From assembly GCF_024223415.1 (NCBI RefSeq), contig NZ_CP100500.1: 64,000 nucleotides of DNA. The stretch is one strand, 5' to 3'. The DNA is from Escherichia coli (GTDB taxonomy: Bacteria; Pseudomonadota; Gammaproteobacteria; Enterobacterales; Enterobacteriaceae). Numbering within the stretch: position 1 is the stretch's first letter; every line of letters starts with the position of its first letter. The notes under the pieces are model-generated. The model made no database searches and was not told where the DNA came from. It was given only the letters and a program-made list of their open reading frames with translations. The translations under genes and the position numbers were made by a program. Shown here piece by piece: positions 38,477 to 49,248 of the stretch.

Positions 38477-39138
38477 TGTTTGCACTTAAATTAACTGATG
38501 AGCGGGGGAGAGAATGGATATCACCTGTTGCGCCGCCACTGAACCTTGTGCGCCGTTTTCATTTCACACTGAGTGCGCGTGATGCGGTGATGCAGTTTAT
38601 CGACACCGGGGTGCCGACGAATTATCGTTGCGTGATTTTTATTAAACAGATAAGCGGTAATCAGTCCTTCCATGGTGAAATGGTTCAGCTTAACGGTACC
38701 TGGCAGTATGACATTTTCAGCGCTGGTACAGGGCAGGAGCCGGGCATGGAACAGGACAGCACATATGTTGTTTATGTTTTTGCCAACATGGTGAATGTAT
38801 GGCCGCAATGGGGAATACAGTTGTGCGACAGTCATGGCAGGGTGGTCTGGAACACGGAAATGCTGCCACTGGAAGTAAAAATGACGCGAATATGGGAAAA
38901 GGATGTACCGATCAGTGTGGGACATGATGTGGCCGTAATGCCGGGGTGTACCCAGTGGACGACAGTTCAGGAAGGGGAGAGTTATTACTGGTATACCGCC
39001 AGTTTTAATGCCAGAAACTCACAGTTATGGCGTCAGTCAACTTTTGCTGAAGATAACGTAGCGGCGCCCAATGATAATTCAGGTGTTGTTAATAACCTCT
39101 GTTATTACATAAATGCAGAAATTTATGATGCGTACTGA
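38476..39138 (+). CDS. Hypothetical protein downstream of J
   Basis: 220-aa ORF, translationally coupled to the upstream ORF. Confidence 0.45.
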   Translation: MFALKLTDERGREWISPVAPPLNLVRRFHFTLSARDAVMQFIDTGVPTNYRCVIFIKQISGNQSFHGEMVQLNGTWQYDIFSAGTGQEPGMEQDSTYVVYVFANMVNVWPQWGIQLCDSHGRVVWNTEMLPLEVKMTRIWEKDVPISVGHDVAVMPGCTQWTTVQEGESYYWYTASFNARNSQLWRQSTFAEDNVAAPNDNSGVVNNLCYYINAEIYDAY

Positions 39139-39159
39139 TAGTTATGTTGAGGGCATGTA

Positions 39160-39405
39160 ATGAAAATAATCGTCTGCACTTTTTTGCTGTTTCTTGTATC
39201 AGGTTGCGCGGGGTACCGTTCAGTTACGGAGAGAGTCCGGTGCACCGGTGTGCTGAGTCCCGGGGTTTTACAGCGAGCTTATACGGTAGATCTTACAGGG
39301 AAAATAGAAACGAAAAGCGGCACTGTGTATAAAGTATCAGCTCCGAGATTTTATGGTCAGTGGGTGAGTGAAGATATGTTTACGAAAGTTTCGTGCGTGA
39401 AGTAA
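39160..39405 (+). CDS. Small lipoprotein, Cor-like candidate (superinfection exclusion against FhuA-dependent phages)
   Basis: Signal peptide with lipobox (FLVSGC); ~80-aa lipoprotein between J and side tail fibre gene, the position cor occupies in phi80/N15/HK022-type phages as recalled. Confidence 0.4.
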   Translation: MKIIVCTFLLFLVSGCAGYRSVTERVRCTGVLSPGVLQRAYTVDLTGKIETKSGTVYKVSAPRFYGQWVSEDMFTKVSCVK

Positions 39406-39477
39406 TCATAAAAACACCCGATTGTAAATGAATGACGACGCCCGCAATTTTGCGGGATTATTTTTTATGGAGCGAGT

Positions 39478-41292
39478 ATGGCGGCTGTAAAAATTTCAGG
39501 CGTGCTGAGGGACGGAACCGGAAAACCGGTACCGGGATGCATTATTGAGCTGAAAGCGAAGAGAACCAGCGAGACAGTCATCGCCACGACAGTGGCTTAT
39601 GGCATGCCGGAAGAGACGGGGAGTTACAGTATGGATGTGGAGCCAGGAATATACAGGGTGACACTCAATACAGAAGGTTACCGTCCTTCGTATGTGGGAG
39701 ATATCGTGGTCAGGGAGGATTCTTCACCGGGAACACTGAATAAATTTCTGATGGAGATGGAAGATGCTCCTTATTATCCGAAGGCGTTGTCAGAGCTGGA
39801 GGCTGTGGTGCAGTCCATACTGCACAGAGCAGAGTCCGCGGCATCTGAGGCGGAGGAAGCCCGGAAACGAGCAGCATCTGCCCGGGGACCACGAGGAGAG
39901 AAAGGGGATACCGGCGCTCGTGGTGAAAGAGGCATTACCGGGCCACAGGGGCCAAAAGGTGAAACAGGAGCACGTGGCCCGGCAGGACCACAGGGACCAA
40001 AAGGTGAAACAGGTGAACGCGGTCCGGCAGGTCCACAGGGACTAAAGGGCGATACAGGTGAACGCGGCCCGGCAGGTCCACAGGGACCAAAGGGTGAAAC
40101 AGGTGCACGCGGCCCGGCAGGTCCACAGGGAGCAAAGGGCGAAACAGGTGAACGCGGCCCGGCAGGTCCACAGGGAGCAAAGGGCGAAACAGGTGCACGT
40201 GGTCCGGAAGGCCCTCAGGGTCTGAAGGGAGAAAAGGGTGAGCGAGGAGAAAAAGGCCCTAAGGGGGATAAAGGAGATCCGGGAGGTCCACAGGGACCAA
40301 AGGGGGATACAGGTGAACGCGGCCCGGCAGGTCCACAGGGATCAAAGGGCGATACAGGTGAACGTGGCCCGGCAGGTCCTCAGGGACCAAAGGGGGATAC
40401 AGGTGAACGTGGCCCGGAAGGTCCACAGGGAGCAAAGGGTGAAACAGGTGAACGCGGCCCGGCAGGACCACAGGGACCAAAAGGTGAAACAGGTGAACGC
40501 GGTCCGACAGGTCCACAGGGAGCAAAAGGTGAAACAGGAGCACGCGGTCCGGCAGGTCCTCAGGGACCAAGAGGAGAGTCAGCCCGTGGACAACTGCTGA
40601 ATGGTGATCTGAACCGACTGGGACGAGTGACCGATCAGGGTGATTATTATCAGCCATCAGACAGTGGGGCTACACGAGAAAATAATTATCCGATTCAGAG
40701 AGCGGGTTATCTTCAGGTAAGAGTTGGTGCATGGGGATATTGCCAGCATGAATATACAACCTGGAACCCACCACGAAAGTTCGTAAGAACTGTTACTGGT
40801 AATTTTACCGGTAATGGCCCCTGGTCTGAATGGAAAGAGCTGGGAGCCCAGGGGGAGCGTGGTCCACAGGGACCAAAAGGTGAAACAGGTGCACGCGGTC
40901 CGGCAGGTCCACAGGGACTAAAGGGCGAAACAGGTGCACGTGGCCTGGCAGGTCCTCGGGGGCCAAGAGGGTATACAGGTGAACGCGGCCCGGCAGGTCC
41001 ACAGGGGCCAAGAGGAGAAGCGGGGCGGCCAGCGAGCGTCGGAAGTGTTTATTCCGTGGGGTCTTATGTTCTGGGGATCATAGAACGAAATCATGAGATA
41101 ACAAATACCCGTCAAATACCCGGGTATCGTATCAGACAGGCCGTTATTGTGTCGTCGTCATCGGATAAACTTACAGATATCCGCTTTTTATTTGGCAATC
41201 CTATGCTTGGTACATGGATGTTATGCACAACTAACATGACGGTGAATAATATCAGTGGGACGATTTGGGGCCTGTTTCAGAGAATACTGTGA
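39478..41292 (+). CDS. stf: Side tail fibre protein (Stf-like N-terminus) with long collagen-like Gly-X-Y repeat region
   Basis: N-terminus [18 protein letters not shown] resembles lambda Stf; two blocks of GXY triplets ([19 protein letters not shown]...). Confidence 0.8.
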   Translation: MAAVKISGVLRDGTGKPVPGCIIELKAKRTSETVIATTVAYGMPEETGSYSMDVEPGIYRVTLNTEGYRPSYVGDIVVREDSSPGTLNKFLMEMEDAPYYPKALSELEAVVQSILHRAESAASEAEEARKRAASARGPRGEKGDTGARGERGITGPQGPKGETGARGPAGPQGPKGETGERGPAGPQGLKGDTGERGPAGPQGPKGETGARGPAGPQGAKGETGERGPAGPQGAKGETGARGPEGPQGLKGEKGERGEKGPKGDKGDPGGPQGPKGDTGERGPAGPQGSKGDTGERGPAGPQGPKGDTGERGPEGPQGAKGETGERGPAGPQGPKGETGERGPTGPQGAKGETGARGPAGPQGPRGESARGQLLNGDLNRLGRVTDQGDYYQPSDSGATRENNYPIQRAGYLQVRVGAWGYCQHEYTTWNPPRKFVRTVTGNFTGNGPWSEWKELGAQGERGPQGPKGETGARGPAGPQGLKGETGARGLAGPRGPRGYTGERGPAGPQGPRGEAGRPASVGSVYSVGSYVLGIIERNHEITNTRQIPGYRIRQAVIVSSSSDKLTDIRFLFGNPMLGTWMLCTTNMTVNNISGTIWGLFQRIL

Positions 41293-41307
41293 CAGGGGGA
41301 GAAATGA

Positions 41308-41883
41308 ATGAAGGTCGATAAAATCACGTCACCAGTGTGGGCTGACAGGGGTCATACGACCATAAACTGTATAGTGAAGTTTTCAGACGCGGAAACAGAA
41401 TGTGTATTTACAGCAAGTGCGGATGATCCTGAGTCTTACGGTCGTGAAATATTTGAAGCCTGCATAAGAGGTGATGCAGGGCCGGTAGGTGAGTACCGGG
41501 CAAATGATGATATGGCTGTGGAAGAAGCACGCAGGATGAAAAACGCGGAGATAAATGCCTGGCGTGATGCGATGGAGGCGTCAGGGTATGTTTTTGAGCA
41601 CAGAGGACGGAAATGGGATTATGGAAAGGAAACCATGACACGTCTTGGAATGTCGGCATCAGCGGCCAGAGGCGGTGTGTTGCCGGAAGGATTTTTCTGG
41701 ACGGACGCAGAGAATAATGATGTACCGATGACGGCAGATGAACTGATATCCCTGAGTGATGCTGCTGGTAAAGCGATGTTCAGGAAAGGCCTTGAAATAC
41801 ATATAAGGCAAAGGGAGATGAAAAAGGCAATAGCAGAACTGAGTGACAGTGAAACCATTCTGGCGTACAGGGTTGGATGGTGA
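41308..41883 (+). CDS. tfa: Tail fibre assembly/chaperone-like protein
   Basis: 191-aa ORF immediately after the fibre gene; assignment by position and weak similarity. Confidence 0.45.
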   Translation: MKVDKITSPVWADRGHTTINCIVKFSDAETECVFTASADDPESYGREIFEACIRGDAGPVGEYRANDDMAVEEARRMKNAEINAWRDAMEASGYVFEHRGRKWDYGKETMTRLGMSASAARGGVLPEGFFWTDAENNDVPMTADELISLSDAAGKAMFRKGLEIHIRQREMKKAIAELSDSETILAYRVGW

Positions 41884-41892
41884 AACTGATAA

Positions 41893-41930
41893 AAAAACCC
41901 CTCTGAAAATTCTGTCAGAGGGGTGTAGTC
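41893..41930. terminator. Hairpin CCCCTCTGA ... TCAGAGGGG flanked by an A-tract upstream; likely end of the late operon
   Basis: aaaaaaacccctctgaaaattctgtcagaggggtg read directly. Confidence 0.4.
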
Positions 41931-42321
41931 AATAAGGGAATAATATTCAACATGAAGATGTCTTCTGGGAATGTTTACATAGCAAATGCTTTCACTCCGG
42001 TAATTAATTTCTGTGATTAACTGCTTTCGATCAATAAAGGAATTGCAAAAAAGGTGAACTGATTCACAATTGAGTCTGTGATGAATGTAGACTGATGTAG
42101 GAAACGGTTATTCTGACAGCTATATCTGAATGCTCTGCTGACATATGGGGACAAGAACGCTCATATTGTTTTATCGGGGTGCATTTATCCTATAATTCCA
42201 TGTTAACTGTATTGATTGTTAAAATCAATGCAGTGGTGACTCTGAAAGGTATCCTGGAAAAGAATCTCGCCTGCTTATTCAGGGGGGGTTACAGTTTAAT
42301 CTTCTTAACAGGATATACCAT

Positions 42322-43731
42322 ATGAAATTTATAATGGCAAAGAATGTATTGGCAATGGCGGTTACCGGTGCGCTGTTATGTTACTCTGTGGGGGTTATGG
42401 CAGAAGAGAGTTTTAATGTAGATGGATATGAGGTTACTCTGTATGATAATGGTGCGGCAGTAATATCAAAAGGTAATGATGTTAATCTTATTAATACTAT
42501 TACTGGAGCTAATACAGGGCGTATTGTCCCGAATGATTCTATTACGCGTGCTATATTAGCAGCTCCTGAGAATGCTAGGCATATTGTTGCTCAGGATTTG
42601 CTAACTTACCCCATCTACTCAGATGCATTAAAAGCCGAAAACATCAGAAATATAAAAGCAGAAGATATAAAGTCCATTGTTGATACAAAAGAATCACTAC
42701 AAAAAATAATCAAGCCAGAAAACAAGGATGATTATATCGCCGCTGTTAATGCTGGTGGTACCGCTGAGGATTTTATTAAAATTAGTAATACAACATCGGG
42801 ATTGTCATCATTGTATAAAAATGTAGTTGAAGGCCAGAATTTTGTTCTGGATTCATCAGGCCGAATCACTGCTGACGGAAGGGCTGACGGAAATGCTCAG
42901 ACAGTCCCTGTTAAAGAATTCGTCGTGGAGCTGGATAATCGTACCCGCAACCTTGGGGTTGAAGTGAAATCACAGGGAGACAGTCTGCGTGGTGAGATAG
43001 GTGGTGTATACAGAGATGCCCGTGCTCATACTGACAGTCAGGTCACAGCAGTACGTGATGAACTGAAGGCAGAGGGAGACAGTCTGCGCGGTGAGATAGG
43101 CGGTGTATACAGAGATGCCCGTGCTCATACTGACAGTCAGGTTACAGCAGTACGTGATGAACTCAGCAGGGATATTATTGCAGGCACATCGGCAGCGGTG
43201 GCGTATACGGATGCATCTTCTCTTGCTCTTCAGGATGAAATAAAAGAAAAAGCGGATGAAACAGTTCAGGTTTCCCGGGCTTATACAGATAAAAGTGTAC
43301 GGGATGCCCGTAAAGAAGCGAAAAGCCAGGCAGAACATCTCAGCGATGTGCTTGTGAAGAACAGGGCGCAGACGGATGCAGCAATAGCCTCAAATACAGC
43401 AGCGATAAGGAATAACAGTCATCGTCTGGATTTGACGGAAGCCTGGCAGAAGATGGCGACAGAGAGAATGAATAATATGCAGGAGCAGATTAAAGAGAAC
43501 CGGAAGGAGTTAAGGGAGAGTGCAGCCCAGAGCGCGGCACTGGCCGGTCTTTTCCAGCCATACAGTGTTGGAAAATTTAACGCGACAGCAGCCGTTGGTG
43601 GTTACCGTGATGAGCAGGCCATTGCGGTGGGCGTGGGCTACCGTTTCACAGAGAATGTGGCAGGAAAAGTTGCAGTTGCTGCAGGTGGGTCATCCGCATC
43701 GTGGAATGCTGGTGTGAATTTTGAGTTCTGA
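42322..43731 (+). CDS. Trimeric autotransporter adhesin-like protein (YadA-like C-terminal anchor); resembles prophage-encoded Eib immunoglobulin-binding proteins
   Basis: Signal peptide; coiled-coil stalk with 33-aa tandem repeat; C-terminal anchor [10 protein letters not shown] ... [20 protein letters not shown]. Confidence 0.7.
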   Translation: MKFIMAKNVLAMAVTGALLCYSVGVMAEESFNVDGYEVTLYDNGAAVISKGNDVNLINTITGANTGRIVPNDSITRAILAAPENARHIVAQDLLTYPIYSDALKAENIRNIKAEDIKSIVDTKESLQKIIKPENKDDYIAAVNAGGTAEDFIKISNTTSGLSSLYKNVVEGQNFVLDSSGRITADGRADGNAQTVPVKEFVVELDNRTRNLGVEVKSQGDSLRGEIGGVYRDARAHTDSQVTAVRDELKAEGDSLRGEIGGVYRDARAHTDSQVTAVRDELSRDIIAGTSAAVAYTDASSLALQDEIKEKADETVQVSRAYTDKSVRDARKEAKSQAEHLSDVLVKNRAQTDAAIASNTAAIRNNSHRLDLTEAWQKMATERMNNMQEQIKENRKELRESAAQSAALAGLFQPYSVGKFNATAAVGGYRDEQAIAVGVGYRFTENVAGKVAVAAGGSSASWNAGVNFEF

Positions 43732-43791
43732 CAGGTCAGGATTTAGATATCTGTCCCGGGGGAGTCCCCCGGGATATAATGAGGTACAGAG

Positions 43792-44247
43792 ATGCTGGAT
43801 ATAATCCTGGCGACGAGAGATATTTATTTTGAAAAAGCCCTGCGAGAGATATTTGGAACCGTAAGCAGTCGAATCAGATATATAGAAGATGCCATATCAG
43901 ACAGAAGAAGGGTGCAGTCAGGCAGGTCATTCAGATATTATTTTGTATTCTGTGATGATGAGTATACAGATATTGTTCGTATTCTTTTTACCGGAGAGGC
44001 CTGCTGTATTCTGAATAAGTCGATGCTGAATCTGAGAGCGGCCGGAGGTGTGTTGACGCTGGAAGAGCGCAGAGCGGTACTGAACCGGTATTACAGAGGT
44101 TTAAGTATTGCGGAGATTACAGAAGAGACGGGGCAGAATGACAAGACGGTATACGGTCATCTTCGTCGTGCACTGCAGCGGTCTGGATTCCGGAAGGGGC
44201 GTTTTATAAAGGGGAGAGAAGCTGCGGGGGATTCAGGTGTTGAATAA
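43792..44247 (+). CDS. Putative LuxR/GerE-type HTH transcriptional regulator
   Basis: C-terminal LTLEERRAVLNRYYRGLSIAEITEETGQNDKTVYGHLRRALQ fits a LuxR-type HTH. Confidence 0.4.
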   Translation: MLDIILATRDIYFEKALREIFGTVSSRIRYIEDAISDRRRVQSGRSFRYYFVFCDDEYTDIVRILFTGEACCILNKSMLNLRAAGGVLTLEERRAVLNRYYRGLSIAEITEETGQNDKTVYGHLRRALQRSGFRKGRFIKGREAAGDSGVE

Positions 44248-44358
44248 TGTATCTTATATTGTGATATCGGTGCTGCTGCTGTTATTTTTTGTTGTATTTG
44301 TGACGAATGGTTAAGAATAAAACATGAGTTGGTGATTATCAGGACAGGTTGCTTGTAT

Positions 44359-44454
44359 ATGAAGATAACAAAGGCGGCATTTATTTTTGCGCTGTCAGTG
44401 TGGAGTGTTGCTGTGATATGTCTTTTATTATTTGTACTGGTTGTTCTGGGATAG
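44359..44454 (+). CDS. Very small hydrophobic peptide (31 aa), possible small membrane protein
   Basis: Own translation MKITKAAFIFALSVWSVAVICLLLFVLVVLG in an AT-rich spacer. Confidence 0.2.
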   Translation: MKITKAAFIFALSVWSVAVICLLLFVLVVLG

Positions 44455-44630
44455 CTATAGTGGAATTATTATTTTTTTAAGACTATGGTTTATATTTTTA
44501 TTCGGCAATATTTCTGTAAACAATTAAATATCAGAAAGGCGTGTTGTATGCGTGAACACGCCTGAGTATGTATACAGAGATTGTTAATTTGGAGAGAATA
44601 ATTACAGTTGTTATTTATTTGACGTCCTGA

Positions 44631-44879
44631 TTAGTGAAAAAACCAGTCATCAGCAGTTTCCCAGACTTCCTGCAGCGTTTCCTGTATGAACTTCTGAGCG
44701 TTTTCTTTATCTACGGCTCTTAAAATTGTCAGTCCGTCATTACTGGCGGATTTTACTATAACCTCCACATCGTCATATCGTTTTCTGATACGGCGAGACA
44801 TTTCCTGTTGTAGAGCAGGTACAGAGCCTTTTGGCATTTTGCTGAATTTTTCTTTAGCGATACAGATCTCAATACGCAT
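44631..44879 (-). CDS. DinI-like protein (prophage-encoded DinI family)
   Basis: [35 protein letters not shown] ... [14 protein letters not shown] resembles E. coli DinI as recalled. Confidence 0.7.
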   Translation of the reverse strand: MRIEICIAKEKFSKMPKGSVPALQQEMSRRIRKRYDDVEVIVKSASNDGLTILRAVDKENAQKFIQETLQEVWETADDWFFH

Positions 44880-45184
44880 AAAAGTCCCTCTACACTGTGT
44901 TTGTATACAGTATTATTTTTAACTGTATGGATAAACAGTGTCAAGGTTTTCAATTTCGAAGCGGGAGTCAAGGGCTTTGTGTTGCTGAACTTATGCAAAA
45001 TTTTTTTGCATCATAAATCCAACAACACATTCAATAACACATTACTGCATAACCATGAAAATAAATGTATTTTTATTTAATTTCACACATATCACAATTG
45101 ATGCATTTTTTAGTGATTAACAGCGCCATAAGGAAACTCTCAAAACAACACAAACCGGGCGGGCATTATACGCGCATTCTTTAC

Positions 45185-46033
45185 TCAAACCAGTTTTTTC
45201 ACCAGTGCCTCGCTGTGACGAATGCGCTCAGGGGCCAGTTCGAGATCCTGCTGGATTAGCGCAATGAACAGCAAATCTGTAAGCATTCCCTGAGCGTGAC
45301 AAGCGGAGATCGACGCACTATTCGTCGCCTGTTCTTCGGCAATAGTATACAGGCAATGGGATGCTCGTTGTTGCAGAGCATTCGGCGTGAAACCGGTAAT
45401 TGCCAGCACCTTTCCACCCACGCGCAGCATCTCATCCGCCGCGAGATTCAACTCACGTCGTACACCAGTGTAAGAGATGGCTAATAACAGATCGTCCGGT
45501 GAGGATGCCTGTACAGTAGCGAGCAACGCATGCATATCGCGTTCTGCGGCAGCATTGAAACCAATCTTCATCAGTTTCCAGGCAAAGTTTTGCGCTACCA
45601 GACCCGAAGCGCCAATGCCAGTCAAAATAATCCGCCGTGCAGAACGCAACATCACCACGCATTCATGTAATTTCTCTTCACTGTTAACGTTCAGTGTCGC
45701 ATACATGGCAGCCGTGTTTTCTTTTATGAGCTTTTCACCCACCAGTCGCAGCGGATCATCACCGCGAATTTGGTTATGAATGGGGACAGAAGGGGATTCC
45801 GGCTGGCTCGCCAGAGCTTCGCTTAACGCGAGTTTTAAGGCAGGAAAACCTTTATAGCCGAGTTTTTGCGCGAACTTCACGACGCTGGACTGACTGACTC
45901 CGGCTTCGTTGGCCAGTTGCTGAGAGCTTAAATGGCGCGCCGTATCAGGTTGTAGCAGCAGATAATCCGCCAGTTTTTTATCACTCTGGGCAAGCCCCTG
46001 GTAACGCTGACGGATACGAAGTAAGCCGTTCAT
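45185..46033 (-). CDS. yfhH: RpiR-family transcriptional regulator (HTH plus SIS domain), YfhH-like
   Basis: HTH SQQLANEAGVSQSSVVKFAQKLGYKGF and SIS-domain region; conserved neighbour of pgpC/tadA; start taken at MNGLLRIRQ. Confidence 0.85.
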   Translation of the reverse strand: MNGLLRIRQRYQGLAQSDKKLADYLLLQPDTARHLSSQQLANEAGVSQSSVVKFAQKLGYKGFPALKLALSEALASQPESPSVPIHNQIRGDDPLRLVGEKLIKENTAAMYATLNVNSEEKLHECVVMLRSARRIILTGIGASGLVAQNFAWKLMKIGFNAAAERDMHALLATVQASSPDDLLLAISYTGVRRELNLAADEMLRVGGKVLAITGFTPNALQQRASHCLYTIAEEQATNSASISACHAQGMLTDLLFIALIQQDLELAPERIRHSEALVKKLV

Positions 46034-46241
46034 ATCTTTCCTCGCGATGAAATAGTGGCGACAACAGGCAATATGAGACACACGCGAGTGAATTTTATAT
46101 TCCATTGCCGCTAATTGCCATGAATTAAAAATTCCAGTTAGCCATGATGCGGTCGATTGTTGCCGGAAAAGTGATGATCTATCTGTTAGGCTATGTAGTA
46201 GCGAAAATTAATCAGGATGTTTCAGTCCAGAGGAGTATGGT

Positions 46242-46877
46242 TTGGCAACTCACGAGCGTCGTGTGGTGTTTTTTGACTTAGATGGAACATTGCATCAGCA
46301 GGATATGTTCGGCAGTTTTCTGCGCTATTTACTGCGTCGCCAACCGCTGAATGCGTTACTTGTCCTGCCGTTGTTGCCGATTATAGCCATTGCGTTATTG
46401 ATAAAAGGTCGTGCGGCACGCTGGCCGATGAGTCTGCTTCTGTGGGGATGCACTTTTGGTCACAATGAAGCGCGTTTGCAGGCGTTGCAGGCCGATTTCG
46501 TACGCTGGTTTCGTGACAATGTTACCGCCTTTCCGCTGGTTCAGGAGCGATTAACCACCTACCTGTTAAGTTCTGATGCTGATATCTGGTTGATTACCGG
46601 CTCTCCGCAGCCGCTGGTTGAAGCGGTTTATTTCGATACGCCCTGGCTGCCGCGAGTTAATCTTATCGCCAGCCAAATTCAGCGTGGCTATGGTGGTTGG
46701 GTATTGACGATGCGTTGTCTGGGACATGAAAAGGTCGCACAACTGGAGCGCAAAATCGGCACGCCGCTGCGGCTGTACAGTGGCTATAGCGACAGTAATC
46801 AGGACAATCCGCTGCTTTATTTCTGTCAGCATCGTTGGCGAGTAACCCCGCGCGGTGAACTCCAGCAACTGGAATAG
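46242..46877 (+). CDS. pgpC: Phosphatidylglycerophosphatase C (HAD-family)
   Basis: FFDLDGTL HAD motif I, TM helix; conserved position next to tadA. Confidence 0.85.
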   Translation: MATHERRVVFFDLDGTLHQQDMFGSFLRYLLRRQPLNALLVLPLLPIIAIALLIKGRAARWPMSLLLWGCTFGHNEARLQALQADFVRWFRDNVTAFPLVQERLTTYLLSSDADIWLITGSPQPLVEAVYFDTPWLPRVNLIASQIQRGYGGWVLTMRCLGHEKVAQLERKIGTPLRLYSGYSDSNQDNPLLYFCQHRWRVTPRGELQQLE

Positions 46878-46889
46878 AGTAAAGCATAG

Positions 46890-48991
<2,102 letters not shown>

Positions 48992-49156
48992 TTAGTTAAT
49001 TCTCTGTGTCGTGCGCGTCCCAGCTTGAAAAAACGTAATAATAGTGAAAGGTTTACTCATAAATGAGCGGCATTTTGCGTAAACCTGCGCCAGATGGCAA
49101 CTTATTACAGCCATTGGCGGCACGCGTTGCTAATTCACGATGGTGATTTTATTTCC

Positions 49157-49172
49157 ACGCAAACGGTTTCGT
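49157..49172. promoter_or_regulatory. PurR operator box upstream of purL, with a TATAAT -10 element at 49190..49195
   Basis: acgcaaacggtttcgt resembles the PurR box consensus (ACGCAAACGTTTGCGT). Confidence 0.75.
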
Positions 49173-49248
49173 CAGCGCATCAGATTCTTTATAATGACGC
49201 CCGTTTCCCCCCCTTGGGTACACCGAAAGCTTAGAAGACGAGAGACTT

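Larger units (their letters stand above)
1..45000. mobile_element. Lambda-like prophage, right-hand portion (early-left/replication genes, immunity region, Q, lysis, cos, terminase-head-tail genes, tail fibres, morons). Left end lies outside the window; right junction is somewhere in 44880..45184
   Basis: Contiguous phage gene set with lambda gene order (cI/cro, Q, S-R-Rz/Rz1, cos, Nu1-A-W-B-C-D-E-FI-FII-Z-U-V-G/T-H-M-L-K-I-J, stf/tfa), followed at 45185 by conserved host genes. End coordinate is approximate. Confidence 0.85.

Noticed and set aside
39886-41030. Possible CRISPR array, suggested by short regular DNA repeats
   Set aside because: The repeats are in-frame Gly-X-Y collagen-like codons inside the tail-fibre ORF, with no repeat-spacer structure.
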